From: the human T2T-CHM13v2.0 reference genome, Homo sapiens
DNA: 64,000 nucleotides
Direction: 5' to 3' (one strand)
Assembly (NCBI RefSeq): GCF_009914755.1
Contig: NC_060947.1
Below are positions 60,806 to 64,000 of this stretch, in pieces (within the stretch, counting starts at the first letter, position 1; every line of letters begins with the position of its first letter). The notes under the pieces were generated by a model. It was not told where the DNA came from. It searched no databases and worked only from the letters and a program-made list of their open reading frames with translations. The position numbers were made by a program, and so were the translations under genes.

Positions 60806-62309
60806 TAAGTTTTCAATACATGGTCTCCACACAGGTTGGTAAGGCATTGAAGTTTCACCTTTATACCCATAGACTGATGTGGCTAACTTTTTCCCTGCTA
60901 TCTTTCAGGAAGTGACTGAAGCTTTTCTAGACTTAGTTTTCCAGATGAGACCACCCTTCCAGGCTCTTAGCTTTGTGCAGGGATCTCAGTTCCAGCTCCT
61001 CATGTACAAGAAGCTTGTGACATAAATTCTCTTCCCTATGCAGATATTAAAACTCTAGTCTCTATGCTTATATTTAGTTCCTTATTCCTCTTAGCCTGTT
61101 GCCTTTAGCTCCCTAACAGAGCTTTGACTTTGAATTGCTACTTTCTGTCTGGCCCCTAGGAATTTGCCATTCTTAATTTTGAGCTTGGCTTTTTTCTTTA
61201 AGTTTTATACAGAACAATTTGACTAGTAGTAGCTTTTCACATTAACTTATTCACCATTGTGTTTGGTAGAATATTGTCAGGAATAACAATGTAAATTTAC
61301 CAGAGATATTTCTTTAATGAGTAAATTGGCTCAATGTATGCATTAATTGATTCATAAGTCTTTGAGGATCTCTGATATCAAACAAATAAGCAAGAGTCAC
61401 TAAAATCAAGAATTTATTGAGAACCTACTTTAACCCATTTTTAAGGTCACTACTGTGTCAGTTCCATTTCAAAGCTAGTCTCAACCTTTAAAATACTTAT
61501 ACTCTAGTTAGAGGCAAGGAATAAATACATGAAGTACAATGAAAAGAGCTAAGTGACAATGCAAAACAACCAATCCATAAAACTGTAGATCAGAGTCATC
61601 TGGGCTGAAGTACCTTGTTCTGACAGGTCATACAACTGTACTTATCCCTATAAATACCTAAGGCAAAAATACCTATTTCTTACTTCCTGCAAAGAAATTA
61701 TATAAAATTATCTTTCCCCCAATCTTTACTGTCTGTCGGCAAAAGTGAGGCAGACTTATGGTTCTGAGTGAGCACTACCATTTAAAAGAAAAAAAGAAAA
61801 GAAAAAAAGAGTGTGAATTGCCTTAGGTAAACTGAAATTGTCAACTCTGAGCCAAAACAATGCATCAAATTTAGAAATGTATGTCTTCTTATACATTGAC
61901 TTTACTATTTTCACATGTGTGACTTTTAACTTTTCAGATAATGTATACCTATTATCAGCTTTCTCAGTAAATTGTTTACATCACTGACCATTAATTCTTA
62001 GAAGTCCTTATTGCTACTTTTTTTGGTGTTCAGAAATAAATTAAAATTCTCTTCTTTGTTCTTTTACCTAGTAGTGTTTTACAACTTTTTGAAACATGAA
62101 CGATGGGTTAGGATTTTATACAATGAATGATATGAAAGTTGGCTTGAATATATACACCACAAGGTTTGCCGTATGGTCCTCTGTCAAATATCTGTTCTCA
62201 AGATGCCCCAAGGCATCATAAAAACAAAATGGAAAACTGCAACAGAAGACCAAGAAAGAAATATTTTCAGGTAAATGGTAAAGCAGGGAGATGACACATT
62301 TCGTGCATT

Positions 62310-62640
62310 GTATTTCACTCTTTCAACAACTATGGATTGAATGCTGAATTTGTGCCAGGTATTTTATAAACTGGGCACTTGTCATACAGTGGTGATCAAA
62401 GTGGATGTGATCACTACCCCTTGTCACAGTCTCATAGGAGAGACAGACAATTAATTATATAGCTCTAGACTTAATATGCTAGGAAAGAAACAGAGTGGAT
62501 ACAATAATGGGTAATAATACTATATGGTGGGTGCAGGGAGAGGGCTCCTTCTGATAGTGTGTTCAGAGATAGCTTCTCTGAAGAGTGGCCATTTAGGTGG
62601 GGACCTAAAGGCTGAGTAAGAGGTTGAAGTATTTTCTGTT
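62310..62640 (-). mobile_element. L2 fragment
   Basis: ttcactctttcaacaactatggattgaatgctgaatttgtgccagg...cttctctgaagagtggccatttaggtggggacctaaagg. Confidence 0.65.
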
Positions 62641-62750
62641 GGCAGGGTTAGAGTTTCTTGGGAGACATAAAATAGTTTCAAAAGAAGCATTACCAAAATA
62701 AGAGTTTTTATACCTTCACCTGTGAATTATACGCTTTTGTTTGTTTGTAA

Positions 62751-63106
<356 letters not shown>

Positions 63107-64000
63107 CTCTGATGCAATTTGAGAATAAACAAGTATAGCAAGTATAAGCAAAAGGCACAAGGTATTCTGCATAGTTAAAAGTGCAGCTGCTTAAAAACCA
63201 TCCCGTCTTCTCTACTCTCTCTCTCTCTCTGTCCTCCTCCTCCTCTTTTTTTCTTTCTCTCATATTCGTCTTACAGAATATTAAATCTGTTTCCATATTG
63301 CTTGGTCCCTTCCTTCATCTTAAGAGAGATGTTAATACTGTGCGTTCATTGAGAATAACCAAATGGATGTTAGCATTGTTCTTTATTTAATCTTAAGTAA
63401 AATATTGTTTTTTTCTTAAAAAAAATACATTTATCAAAATTTATCTTACCCTTATCAATCTCAATACAGTTGTCTTTACATTAACTTCTATTAGTTGGCT
63501 ATTGTCCTATGTTTTATATATTCAGTAATTATATAATATGGAACAAAAGTAAGATATCATTGCTGAATGCTGTTTTATGGAAAAAGAAAAGCCTTTGGCA
63601 TTAATGTAATATATACTCCTGTTGATTAATACTTTGAATGTCTTTCTGTGAGATATATACAATAATGCCCATAAAATGATCAATTTTGATACCATTCTGA
63701 TGCATTAAAGATGGTGAAATAAATGTTTTAAAAAGACTGGGAGATGCGAATACCTATTTTTTGAAAGCAGGTTAGAATGTAATGCATAAATGGGCAAATG
63801 AAAATAAAAGCATAAACACATAGAACTACCAGGGCTGTTGAATAGTACCTGACTCAGGTCTCTTCCCTCCAGAAAGACTATAAAAAAACTTCTAGGCAAA
63901 ACAGTTGTGTTTCATATTTTTTAAGTGCTGGTTAGTAAAGACTTTAAAAAACTCATTACAAAGTATTTCATGATTACAGAAGAACATGTAATAGATAGTA

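Overview
This is AT-rich simian-primate (most likely human) genomic DNA lying inside the formin gene DIAPH2 on the + strand. It is not microbial. Only two coding exons are supported: 12016-12255 (240 nt, phase 0-0) and 38963-39092 (130 nt). They splice in frame and encode part of the FH2 domain, including the GNYMN motif. From memory these are probably exons 21 and 22 of the X-linked human gene, but I could not check the numbering. The rest is intron filled with transposon relics: about 24 Alus (many with readable target-site duplications), MIR, L2, L3/CR1, several L1 fragments, two MER41 LTRs, another ERV1 LTR, MaLR LTRs, MER30, MER5A and a 5S rRNA pseudogene. Almost all ORFs in the supplied track are Alu/L1 read-throughs or chance ORFs. 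I found no evidence of a new multi-gene system. The best leads are: an inverted-Alu-flanked exon that would circularise into a stop-less ORF starting at ATG; a perfect 49-bp hairpin-containing tandem duplication; an Alu reduced to its two ends between intact TSDs; a 5'-only L1 marking an old deletion; reciprocal Alu/MER41 nesting; a tailless 5S retrocopy; and a duplicated branch-point-like motif. Repeat subfamily names come from recalled consensus sequences, and repeat boundaries without TSDs are approximate.
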